Below the pieces are notes generated by a model that saw only the letters and a program-made list of their open reading frames with translations, made no database searches and was not told where the DNA came from. Source: Flavobacteriales bacterium (GTDB lineage Bacteria; Bacteroidota; Bacteroidia; Flavobacteriales_F; PHOS-HE28). From it: DNA of 64,000 bases. Positions 54,435 to 63,334 of the stretch are shown in pieces. Location: NCBI GenBank assembly GCA_020635655.1, contig JACJZI010000007.1:78323-142322 (forward strand). Reading direction: 5' to 3'. The translations under genes and the position numbers were made by a program. Position 1 is the stretch's first letter, and every line of letters starts with the position of its first letter.

Positions 54435-56315
54435 TCAGGGCGACGGCGCCTGCTCCATTCCTTTCGTCCCTCGGGGATACTGATCATTGGTCCTATCGAT
54501 ATCCGCGACCCGTTGTGTCGGGTCGAGCATGATCGACAGAGGAGCGCCGGAGCGACCGTAGAGCACAAAGCTGTAGGTCGGGTCGGTCCACTGCCAGGGA
54601 GGCAGCACGGTGAACCGATGATCCTCACTGTCGGTCGATTTGGCACCGAGCTCGAGCGACGTGGGGATGTGGAGAACAGTGACGTCACTGTCCGGACCGA
54701 GGACGGCCACCTCAACGGGCATCACCATTTCACCGATACGGCGGATGGTGATCCGGGTGCTGTCGCCGGAGGTCGTGACGGTATCGACCGCATAATCCAC
54801 GGCGCGGGTGGTGTTCAGCCACTCATCGAAATACCACGTCAGGTCGAGCCCGGAGGTCTTTTCCATGGCCAGTTCCAGGTCCTCCGGCCGCGGATGCTTG
54901 AAATGACAGGCCGCATAGTAGTTCCGAAGTCCGCGGTGTAGTGTGTGATCCCCGACCACGCTGCCCAACTGGTGCAGGAACATCTCCCCAATGCTGTAGG
55001 CCGTGATGCCATAGGCCCTGTTGGTGAGGTAGTGGTCCGCATGCAGGCGCATCGGTTCATGATCCGGCTGCCCGACCAGTTCGGCATAGTTCCGATATGC
55101 AGCCGAATGCGCGGCGCCCTTCGCCCCGAAGAGCTGCCGCATGACCTCCTCGCCGGCGAACTCGGTGAAGCCCTCGTCCATCCATGGAAAGTGGCTTTCA
55201 TCGTTGGCCAGCAGCCCATAGAACCAACTGTGGATGCTTTCGTGGACACTGACGCCCACGAGGCTGCCCAGGCGCCTTTCCCCATTGATCAAGGTCATCA
55301 TGGGGTATTCCATGCCGCCATCACCGCCCTGCACAAAGGAGTACACAGGCCAGGGATACTGTCCGTAGGTGGAGTCCATGTACTGGAAGGAATGGACCAT
55401 GTAGCCGGGCAACTGCTCCCATACCTCCCGCAGCGCAGGCTTGTCCTTGAAGAAGAACCGGAGCAATGGGCCATCGGGCACTTGCGCGGTCAATTGGGCA
55501 TAGTCCCGGTCCGCGGCCCAGGCCATGTCATGCACATTCTCGGCCTTGAAATGCCAGGTCAGCCGACCCCGCTTGTCCACATGCATACGGGCTGGGTCCG
55601 GCCTAGCATATCCATGGCCGATCGTGCCGGGGTCCTGTAGCACCCCGGTGGCCGCCACGGTGAAGCTGCTGTCCAGTGTCACCTCCAGGTCGAAGTCGCC
55701 CCATTCCCCGTAGAACTCGCGGGCCACGTAGGGATCATTGTGCCAGCCTCGGTCGTCGTAGGCGCACACCTTGGGATACCATTGCGTCATGCTGTAGGCG
55801 ACCCCTTCGGCATTGTCACGGCCACTGCGGCGGACCTGGACGGGCACCTGGCCTTCGAACACGATCGACACCTCGGCATTCGTTGCGGGGAGCACGGGTC
55901 GCTCTGGGATCACCCGGAGGATGGTCCCGAACGGACGCAATGCTGCAGGTCGCCCATCCACATCGATCGCCGTGCACTTGAGCATGCCCTGGTCCGGTGG
56001 CGCCAACTCCGCGATCCGGCCGCCCACCCGGGGGTCGGGGTCGGGGATGGTGCGTGAACGGACGTCCATTTCACTTCCCGGGCGGAACGCGTTCGGGTAG
56101 AGGTGGAAGAACAGTACGGCCAGGGTATCCGGGCTGTTGTTGGTATAAATGAGGTGCTCCGTGCCTCTGTAACGGTGGGTGTGATCATCGAGCGCGACCT
56201 TCAGATCGCAGCGGACCCGCTGTTGCCAGCGGACGCATTGCGCGGCACCCATCTGGTGCGCATGCATCAGGACCGCAATGAAAAGGGCATGGAGCCACAT
56301 CCGCTTGAAGCGCAT
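54435..56315 (-). CDS. secreted M1 family metallopeptidase (aminopeptidase N-like)
   Basis: 626-aa ORF with signal peptide. Zinc motif HESIH, with a Glu exactly 18 residues later (WMDEGFTEF). Confidence 0.9.
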   Translation of the reverse strand: MRFKRMWLHALFIAVLMHAHQMGAAQCVRWQQRVRCDLKVALDDHTHRYRGTEHLIYTNNSPDTLAVLFFHLYPNAFRPGSEMDVRSRTIPDPDPRVGGRIAELAPPDQGMLKCTAIDVDGRPAALRPFGTILRVIPERPVLPATNAEVSIVFEGQVPVQVRRSGRDNAEGVAYSMTQWYPKVCAYDDRGWHNDPYVAREFYGEWGDFDLEVTLDSSFTVAATGVLQDPGTIGHGYARPDPARMHVDKRGRLTWHFKAENVHDMAWAADRDYAQLTAQVPDGPLLRFFFKDKPALREVWEQLPGYMVHSFQYMDSTYGQYPWPVYSFVQGGDGGMEYPMMTLINGERRLGSLVGVSVHESIHSWFYGLLANDESHFPWMDEGFTEFAGEEVMRQLFGAKGAAHSAAYRNYAELVGQPDHEPMRLHADHYLTNRAYGITAYSIGEMFLHQLGSVVGDHTLHRGLRNYYAACHFKHPRPEDLELAMEKTSGLDLTWYFDEWLNTTRAVDYAVDTVTTSGDSTRITIRRIGEMVMPVEVAVLGPDSDVTVLHIPTSLELGAKSTDSEDHRFTVLPPWQWTDPTYSFVLYGRSGAPLSIMLDPTQRVADIDRTNDQYPRGTKGMEQAPSP

Positions 56316-56357
56316 GCGACAAAGATGGCGACAACGATGCCGCCACCCAGTGAAGGA

Positions 56358-56849
56358 TCAGGAGAGGAGCCGCTGGCGCAGTGCGAACTCCAATTGTCGG
56401 TTCGCCTCGATCAATTGCTCGGTGCGGACATTGCGTTCATCCTCGGCCTTGACCTCCGCATAGGCCTGATGCACTGCCCGGACCAGTTCATGGGGGTCCC
56501 AGGGTTTGGCCATGTAATGCGAAATGCCACCCTGGTTCACGGCGTTCACCACGGCCTGCATGTCCGCGTAGCCGGTCATGAGCATGCGCCGAACGCGCGG
56601 GAATCGTTCCCGCACCAGTTTGAGGATCTCATGTCCCGGCGTACCCGGCATGCGTTGGTCGCTGATCAGTACATCGATCCGGTCGGTGGACAGGAACGAC
56701 CACGCCTCTTCCAGTCCTGAGGCCGTGTAAACATGGAATTCACGGCCGAAAGCGGCCGCGAACGCCTGCCGGTTCGGGGCGTCGTCATCAACGAAGAGGA
56801 CGGTGGGACGCTCGAGCTGTGGCGGATGGTCGAACATACGTGTTGCCAT
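56358..56849 (-). CDS. stand-alone response regulator (REC domain + short C-terminal helix)
   Basis: 163-aa ORF. Contains VLFVDDD, the phospho-acceptor context VLISDQRMPG, MTGYAD and KPWD. Confidence 0.9.
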   Translation of the reverse strand: MATRMFDHPPQLERPTVLFVDDDAPNRQAFAAAFGREFHVYTASGLEEAWSFLSTDRIDVLISDQRMPGTPGHEILKLVRERFPRVRRMLMTGYADMQAVVNAVNQGGISHYMAKPWDPHELVRAVHQAYAEVKAEDERNVRTEQLIEANRQLEFALRQRLLS

Positions 56850-57009
56850 GATGATCGGATGGAGGATTGCTTGTCCTACCTACGCGAACTGGCCTGTTCG
56901 GGTTTCACGGTAGCGTCCAAAATGTTCATAAATTGTTAATAACTCAAAGTTGACTAGCTTTACCGCTGCGTGGGACCTTGTGGTCCTTCGCGGACCTCTT
57001 CAGCGACCA

Positions 57010-58161
57010 ATGGACGACCTGGCCCTTGCCCTGGCCAAAGTGTCGGATGCGGACCACCGGACCTACCTACCGGAGATCCTGCACCCCACACGATCGGAGG
57101 AACGAGCACGTCTCATGATGTTGCTCGCCGAACGGGGTATTCGCGTACACGACGTGCTCCATGGGCAGGTCCGCGAATTGATACGGACCCATTCCCCCGA
57201 CCGTCGATCCTCGCCTGAGGAACTCGACCGTGCTGCGGACGCGCACCTGCAAGGGCACGGACCCGGGATGTACGGGGTGTGGGTCCATTATCCCTGGAGC
57301 GGTCGATTGGTGCACATGTTGGACGAGGAGGAATTCGCCCTTGTTCGAACCGACCGCAACCGGAACAAGATCACGCGGGAGGAACAACAGGTGCTGTCCA
57401 CCAAGAAGGTCGGTGTCATCGGGCTTTCCGTGGGGCAGTCCGTCGCACTGACCATGGCCTTGGAGCGTGGATTCGGGGAGATCCGGCTTGCCGACCATGA
57501 CATCCTGGAGCTCAGCAACCTCAATCGGATCCGCTCCGGTGTGCATGCCCTGGGAGCGAACAAGGTGATCAACGTGGCCCGTGAGATCGCGGAGATCGAC
57601 CCCTTCCTGAAGGTCGTTTGCTTCACTGAAGGCATCGATCGGGACAATATCAATGCATTCCTTACGGACGGCGGGGATCTCGACATCCTGATCGAGGAAT
57701 GCGACAGCGTGGATGTGAAGGTCTATGCGCGCCAGCATGCGAAGCGTCTTGGAATACCGGTCGTCATGGACACCAGCGACCGCGGACTCGTGGATGTGGA
57801 GCGATTCGACCTGGAACCCGAGCGGCCGATCCTGCATGGGTTGATCGATGATCTGGACCTGGCGGTGGTCGAACGCCCGATGTCCGACCTGGAGAAGATG
57901 CCGTTCCTCGGCAGGATGGTCGGCATGGAGACACTGAGCGATCGAATGAAGCGTTCGTTGCCGGAGGTGGGCAAGACCCTTGTGACCTGGCCACAATTGG
58001 CCAGCGGGGTCGTTCTTGGTGGAGCCCTAGTCACCGAGATCGTGCGCCGTGTGCTCCTCGGTATCCACCAACCATCGGGCAGGTGGTGGAACGATTTTCT
58101 GACCGGATCGACCAGCGCCATGCCACAAATGGAACCGACCCGTTCGAACTCTGAAGAATGA
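57010..58161 (+). CDS. ThiF/MoeB/E1-superfamily adenylyltransferase-like protein (no CxxC pairs, no rhodanese; resembles the N-terminal half of Rv1355c/MoeY-type proteins)
   Basis: Start set at ATG 57010; the track ORF begins at TTG 56950. Nucleotide-binding region reads KKVGVIGLSVGQSVALTMALERGFGEIRLADHDILELSNLNRI. Stop overlaps the next start (ATGA). Confidence 0.8.
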   Translation: MDDLALALAKVSDADHRTYLPEILHPTRSEERARLMMLLAERGIRVHDVLHGQVRELIRTHSPDRRSSPEELDRAADAHLQGHGPGMYGVWVHYPWSGRLVHMLDEEEFALVRTDRNRNKITREEQQVLSTKKVGVIGLSVGQSVALTMALERGFGEIRLADHDILELSNLNRIRSGVHALGANKVINVAREIAEIDPFLKVVCFTEGIDRDNINAFLTDGGDLDILIEECDSVDVKVYARQHAKRLGIPVVMDTSDRGLVDVERFDLEPERPILHGLIDDLDLAVVERPMSDLEKMPFLGRMVGMETLSDRMKRSLPEVGKTLVTWPQLASGVVLGGALVTEIVRRVLLGIHQPSGRWWNDFLTGSTSAMPQMEPTRSNSEE

Positions 58162-58925
58162 CCCTCGAACGAAAGGACATGGAAACCATCAAGCTCTACG
58201 CCTTTCCCGCTCCGAAAGAGCCTGATCTCTGCGGGGAGTTCCTTCGGGAGCACAGGAAGGTCCTCGAGGACTTCGGTATCTCACAGGTGACCACGAACAA
58301 TGATCGCTGGACGAAGGACCCCAACACCTATGTGATCGTGGCACTTCATCCCCGGCATGGGATGGTGGGTGGGATCCGGCTGCAGCTCCAATCCAATGAA
58401 CCGCTGCCGATGGAGGAGGCCCTGCGCAAGCTCGACCCACGGATAACCGAGGTGCTCAACGAGCTGAAGGACCACGGCAATGGTGAGGTCTGTGGGCTAT
58501 GGAACGCCAACAGGTTCGCCAATCATGGGATACCGATCCTCCTGAGCAAGGCCGTCACCGCCATCTCGGTCATGGCCAATGCCCGCCGCATGGTCTGTCT
58601 TGTGGCCCATTACACGCAGCGCCATCCCAGGAGGAACGGGTTCGTCGTGATCGACACGATCGGGGATTCAGGAAGGTTCAGCTATCCCATCCCCAGCATC
58701 ACCGCCATCGCGATGGTCAATCCGGATACGATGATCCTGGAACATGCCATGGATGAACAGCGCCAGCAGATCTTCAGCCTGCGACTGCGGCCACAGCAGG
58801 ATCGGATCGAATATCCTGCGGGTGAACCCATTCTCGTCGAATACGACCTGCGTGTGAATACCAATCTGCTCGACCTGCATGCCTACCAAAGCATCCAGAC
58901 CGAGCGTATGCGCTACAGCGCCTAG
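58158..58925 (+). CDS. hypothetical protein, possible GNAT-fold acyltransferase
   Basis: 255-aa ORF, GC3-rich and translationally coupled to the E1-like gene. The segment EVCGLWNANRFANHGIPILLSKAVTAIS resembles GNAT motif A (R..G.G/A then a helix). The family assignment is tentative. Confidence 0.55.
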   Translation: MTLERKDMETIKLYAFPAPKEPDLCGEFLREHRKVLEDFGISQVTTNNDRWTKDPNTYVIVALHPRHGMVGGIRLQLQSNEPLPMEEALRKLDPRITEVLNELKDHGNGEVCGLWNANRFANHGIPILLSKAVTAISVMANARRMVCLVAHYTQRHPRRNGFVVIDTIGDSGRFSYPIPSITAIAMVNPDTMILEHAMDEQRQQIFSLRLRPQQDRIEYPAGEPILVEYDLRVNTNLLDLHAYQSIQTERMRYSA

Positions 58926-58966
58926 GGTCGAAACAAAGGACGTCCCTTCCACGTATCAGCCGGGCC

Positions 58967-61111
58967 ATGCAAGGTATGGTCCGCTCGATCGTTCAACTCG
59001 CGATCATGGTGCTGCCGGTGTTCATGTGCCGGGCCCAGGACACCATTGCATTCCCACAACAGGCCGAACGGCCGGTGGGAGCTCTCTTCCAGTTCCTCGA
59101 GGACAGCATTGGGAGCATGTCCCTGAAGGAAGCCGTCCATGACCGGAATTACCGTCCACTGGAACAGGACGTACCCAACCTTGGAACATCGGGTTCGGTC
59201 TTCTGGGCAAGGGCAGTGATCAAGAACAACTCAGAGAAAAGGGAGGTGGTCCTGTCCCTGCCACACCCGGAGATAGACCTGTTGGATGTTTATATCCTGG
59301 AGCGATCGGCCCCGGTCCACCTTGCCCATGTCGGCCAAAGCGTTCCACGTGATCAACGGATCGCATCCGACCCTGAATTCCTCTTCCGACTTCCCATCCC
59401 GTCCGGGGCATCCTTGCCCGTGCTGCTCCGCGTACAAAGCAACAAGCAACTGCAGCTTCCACTGATCCTGACCACGGACTCCGAGTTCGACCAACATCGC
59501 GCAGGCCGGAACCTGTTCCTGGGCGGCTATATGGGGATCATGCTGGTCATGGCGATCTACAACCTGTTCGTGTTCTTCTCCTTCCGCGAACGGAGCTATT
59601 TCCTCTACGTTGTCTATATCCTGTTCGTCTGTTGCACACAGCTTGCGTTCATCGGTATCGGACCATTCTATCTCTGGGCGGGAAGTGTGTGGATCTCCAG
59701 CAAAGCATCGTTGATCCTGACCCTGCTGACCGCGATGGCCGCAAGCGAGTTCATCCGTTCGTTCCTTCGCACAAAGGAGTACATACCCAAGATCGACGGT
59801 ACTATCCCGTACTTCTACGGGCTCTTCCTTCTCAACATCGCGATCTACTTGTTCGTGAGCCCGACCACGGGATACAAGGTCGCCCAGTTGATCTCCGGCA
59901 TGTTCGCTTTCACCTTGCTGGGAATGATCATAGCCGTCTGGAGAAAGGGAGTGCGGCAAGCCGGCTTCATGTTGCTGGCATGGAGCGCCTTCCTCACCGG
60001 CACAATGGTCTTCGTGATGAAGGACATGGGCATCCTCCCCTACAACTCCATCACCATCTATACCATGCCCGTCGGCTCGGCGATCGAGGGCGTCCTGCTC
60101 TCCTTCGGCCTGGCCGACCGCATCAACATCCTGCGTCGCGAGAAGGAACGCTCGCAGGCCGACGCGCTCCGGATCTCACGCGAGAACGAGCGCATCATCC
60201 GCGAACAGAACGTGATCCTAGACCAGAAGGTGAAGGAACGCACCCTGGAACTGCAGGAATCGAACGAGCACCTGAAGCGCACCCAGACCCAACTGGTGAA
60301 CGCCGAGAAGATGGCCTCGTTGGGCCAGCTCACCGCCGGCATCGCGCACGAGATCAACAACCCGGTGAACTTCATCACCAGCAACATCCCTCCATTGCGC
60401 AGGAACCTCGACGAGATGTTGCAGATCCTGAAGGCCTATCGGAGCATGGGACCCGATGCGACGAGCGACCAGATCGCCGCGATCGTCGACATGGCCGGGG
60501 AACTGGACCTTGACGAATCCCTGAACGAACTACCGGACATCATCGCCAGCATCGAGGAGGGCGCCGACCGCACCACCGAGATCGTACGCGGGCTCCGGAA
60601 CTTCAGTCGGTTGGACGAGGACAGCCTCAAACCGGCCGACATCAACGAGGGCATCCGCTCGACCCTGACGGTGCTCGGCTCCGAGCTCCGGGACCAGGTG
60701 GAGATCGAGCTGGACCTGGAGCCCCTGCCCCAGGTGGAATGCTTCCCGGGCAAGCTCAATCAGGTGTTCATGAACATGCTGAACAATGCCATGCAAGCCA
60801 CCCGCCAGCGCTATGGCGGCGACCGCAAGGGACACATCCGTGTGCGCACCAGCGCCACGGACCAGGAAGTGACCATCCGCATCGAGGACGACGGTACGGG
60901 CATGACGCCCGAGGTCGTCTCCCGGATCTATGAACCCTTCTTCACCACCAAGGACGTGGGTGAAGGCACCGGTCTGGGCCTGAGTATCGCATACGGTATC
61001 ATCGAAAGGCACCACGGACGGATCGGCGTGGAGAGCACACCCGGTGTCGGGACCATATTCCAGGTAAGCCTGCCGATCCATCAGCCCCGTGTGGCACAGA
61101 AACGCGCGTGA
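58967..61111 (+). CDS. 7TMR-DISM sensor histidine kinase
   Basis: 714-aa ORF. Has a signal/extracellular DISMED2-like domain, seven predicted TM helices and a coiled coil. HisKA box is AGIAHEINNPVNFI. HATPase boxes include NNAMQAT and DDGTGM...GEGTGLGLSI. Confidence 0.9.
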   Translation: MQGMVRSIVQLAIMVLPVFMCRAQDTIAFPQQAERPVGALFQFLEDSIGSMSLKEAVHDRNYRPLEQDVPNLGTSGSVFWARAVIKNNSEKREVVLSLPHPEIDLLDVYILERSAPVHLAHVGQSVPRDQRIASDPEFLFRLPIPSGASLPVLLRVQSNKQLQLPLILTTDSEFDQHRAGRNLFLGGYMGIMLVMAIYNLFVFFSFRERSYFLYVVYILFVCCTQLAFIGIGPFYLWAGSVWISSKASLILTLLTAMAASEFIRSFLRTKEYIPKIDGTIPYFYGLFLLNIAIYLFVSPTTGYKVAQLISGMFAFTLLGMIIAVWRKGVRQAGFMLLAWSAFLTGTMVFVMKDMGILPYNSITIYTMPVGSAIEGVLLSFGLADRINILRREKERSQADALRISRENERIIREQNVILDQKVKERTLELQESNEHLKRTQTQLVNAEKMASLGQLTAGIAHEINNPVNFITSNIPPLRRNLDEMLQILKAYRSMGPDATSDQIAAIVDMAGELDLDESLNELPDIIASIEEGADRTTEIVRGLRNFSRLDEDSLKPADINEGIRSTLTVLGSELRDQVEIELDLEPLPQVECFPGKLNQVFMNMLNNAMQATRQRYGGDRKGHIRVRTSATDQEVTIRIEDDGTGMTPEVVSRIYEPFFTTKDVGEGTGLGLSIAYGIIERHHGRIGVESTPGVGTIFQVSLPIHQPRVAQKRA

Positions 61112-62637
61112 TCATGCAGAAGGAACGGATCAAAGTGCTGTATGTGGACGACGAGGAAGGGAACCTTCGTTCGTTCAAGGCCAACTTCCGTCGCGACTTC
61201 GACGTGCACATCGCTTCCTCAGCGAAGGAGGCCCTTGAAGTGCTCGCGAAGGAGCACATGCACGTGGTGATCTCCGACCAGCGCATGCCCGGTGAGAACG
61301 GTGCCGAACTGCTGGCGCAGGTGAAGGAGCTGCACCCCTCGGCCATCCGCATGCTGCTGACCGGCTATGCGGATATCCAGGCGGTCATCGATGCGGTGAA
61401 CAAAGGCCGCATCTATGCCTACACCACCAAACCCTGGGACCCCAGCGACCTGAAGCTGCGCATCCAACAGGCGTACGAGGTCTATCGGCTCCGCAATGAA
61501 AAGGACCAGCTCCTTCGTCGCTACCAACAGGTGTTCGCCGCCTCGGGTGACCCCATCGTGATCGTGGACGAGAATGGTACCATCGCCGAATTGAACCCGG
61601 CGCTCGAGCAGCTCATCGGCAGTGACCGGGCGACCCTCATCCGAGGGGGCCTCACCAGTCTGATCACCGACATGGAAGACCTCCGCAAGGCCTTGCGTGG
61701 ACGGCGCAAGGGCAAGTCCTTCCAGAATGTCGACCTTACCCTGAATACGCCGGACGGACGTACCATCGACTGTCTGCTGACCGTGTCCCTGCTCGGCAAC
61801 AACAGCGAAGGGAAGCGCCTGTATCAGGCGATCATCAAGGATATCACGGACCGCAAGCAGGAGGAGGAGCGCCTGCGCAAATTGAACTACGATCTCGACC
61901 GGCGGGTGTCCGTGCGCACCAAACAGTTGCTCGAGGCACTCGAGGACCTCGGCTCGTTCAGCTACACGGTGGCCCACGACCTGCGCTCCCCCCTGAAGAA
62001 CATCCTCGCGCTCTCGGACCTCCAACTGGAGCAATTGTCCGGGAAAGTGGAGGAACAGGACCTCGCGGAACGGATCCATCGGGGGGCCGAGCGCATGATC
62101 CAACTGGTCGACGATCTGCTTCGGTTCGCGCAGACCAATACCCGCGAGCTGCAGCGGGAGGAAGTGGACATGCATGTCCTTGTGGAGCAATTGGTCCACG
62201 AACTGCCCTCCGCGGGTCATGCCCCGACGATTGTCAATTCAGTTCCACCAGGATCCCTGGTCAAAGTGGACCGCGCCATGATGAGCGTCCTGTTGCAGAA
62301 CCTGATCTCGAACGCGGTGAAATTCACGCGCTCCGTCACCGCCCCACGCGTGGAGATCGGTCTGGACACGGAACCCGAGGGCCACCAACTCTGGGTGAAG
62401 GACAATGGCGTGGGCTTCGATGGCAGTGGCTCCAAGCTCGTGTTCGCTGCATTCAAGCGGATGCATCGAGCGGACCAGTTCGAGGGGAACGGGGTCGGAC
62501 TGGCCATCGTGCAGCGCATTGTCAACAAACACGGGGGTGAGGTCTGGGCCGAAAGCAGGCCCGGGCATGGGACCACCATCCATGTTCGGATACCCACCGG
62601 GGCGGCCATTGAACAGGCCCTGCCCTTCGCTTCCTGA
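61108..62637 (+). CDS. hybrid REC-PAS-histidine kinase
   Basis: 509-aa ORF. GTG 61108 overlaps the upstream stop; ATG 61114 is an alternative start. REC region has VLYVDDE, VVISDQRMPG, LTGYAD and KPWD. A PAS region follows. HisKA box is FSYTVAHDLRSPL. HATPase region has DNGVGF...GNGVGLAI. Confidence 0.9.
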   Translation: MIMQKERIKVLYVDDEEGNLRSFKANFRRDFDVHIASSAKEALEVLAKEHMHVVISDQRMPGENGAELLAQVKELHPSAIRMLLTGYADIQAVIDAVNKGRIYAYTTKPWDPSDLKLRIQQAYEVYRLRNEKDQLLRRYQQVFAASGDPIVIVDENGTIAELNPALEQLIGSDRATLIRGGLTSLITDMEDLRKALRGRRKGKSFQNVDLTLNTPDGRTIDCLLTVSLLGNNSEGKRLYQAIIKDITDRKQEEERLRKLNYDLDRRVSVRTKQLLEALEDLGSFSYTVAHDLRSPLKNILALSDLQLEQLSGKVEEQDLAERIHRGAERMIQLVDDLLRFAQTNTRELQREEVDMHVLVEQLVHELPSAGHAPTIVNSVPPGSLVKVDRAMMSVLLQNLISNAVKFTRSVTAPRVEIGLDTEPEGHQLWVKDNGVGFDGSGSKLVFAAFKRMHRADQFEGNGVGLAIVQRIVNKHGGEVWAESRPGHGTTIHVRIPTGAAIEQALPFAS

Positions 62638-62724
62638 CCGAACGGCGTAACCCGTCGGTGAAGCCCTTCGTACGAAGGCAGGACCGTTGACCTGCGATCG
62701 GCTTGGACGACCGATCCAAAGATC

Positions 62725-63249
62725 ATGATGAAGCAACATCTCCTTTTCACCGCCATGGCCGTCGCCATCGGCATCAACTCCCAAGCCCAAGGCCGACGAC
62801 TGGTCGACGAACGCGACCAGGCCCAGGGCTGGTATCTCCCCGTCCATGGTGAAGTGCTGGTGGACGGCAAACGGATCAACGACTACCAGATCGACCTCTA
62901 CAAGGGCGATGAACGCCTCGGTGAGGTGGCCGTGAAGAAGAACGGGAAGTTCGAGCTCGACCTGGATATCGACAATACGTTCATGATCCGTGTGCACAAG
63001 GAGGGCTATCAGGACAAGCTGGTGCTCATCGACACCTCCCTACCGCCCGACCTGGTCACCTATCCGGACTATGAGTGCTTTGTCAGCCTGACGCCAGTGG
63101 AGAAGGAGAAAGGGATCGACGTGTTCTACACCGATTTCCCGTCGGCCATCGTCCGCTACAACGAGGAAATGGGCGGCTTCTACCACAGCGAGCACTACCT
63201 GGAGCACATCCAGAACAAGCTGTCAGGCGTGGCACAGGCCAGCTTCTGA
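62725..63249 (+). CDS. small secreted protein, minimal member of the paralog family (N-module only)
   Basis: 174-aa ORF with signal peptide MMKQHLLFTAMAVAIGINSQAQ. The segment GKFELDLDIDNTFMIRVHKEGYQDKLVLIDTSLPPD...PSAIVRYNEEMGGFYHSEHYLEHIQNKL aligns to the N-modules of the 383-aa and 1280-aa proteins. Confidence 0.75.
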   Translation: MMKQHLLFTAMAVAIGINSQAQGRRLVDERDQAQGWYLPVHGEVLVDGKRINDYQIDLYKGDERLGEVAVKKNGKFELDLDIDNTFMIRVHKEGYQDKLVLIDTSLPPDLVTYPDYECFVSLTPVEKEKGIDVFYTDFPSAIVRYNEEMGGFYHSEHYLEHIQNKLSGVAQASF

Positions 63250-63294
63250 CCGCACCGAACAGGGACCCGAAATATGAGAACGGTCCCCTGGTGA

Positions 63295-63322
63295 AGGGCG
63301 GCTCCCGAAAGGGGACCGCCCT
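63295..63322. terminator. bidirectional hairpin with GAAA loop between convergent genes
   Basis: AGGGCGGCTCCC-gaaa-GGGGACCGCCCT forms a 12-position stem with one mismatch and one G-U pair. Confidence 0.55.
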
Positions 63323-63334
63323 TCGCTATTCCCA

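Noticed and set aside
56848-56913. A 21-codon ORF (MMIGWRIACPTYANWPVRVSR) upstream of the E1-like gene, considered as a possible RiPP precursor or E1 substrate.
   Set aside because: Its ATG overlaps the response-regulator start codon on the other strand. It lies upstream of the AT-rich promoter patch. It has no C-terminal GG and no supporting codon bias. This is too weak to call.
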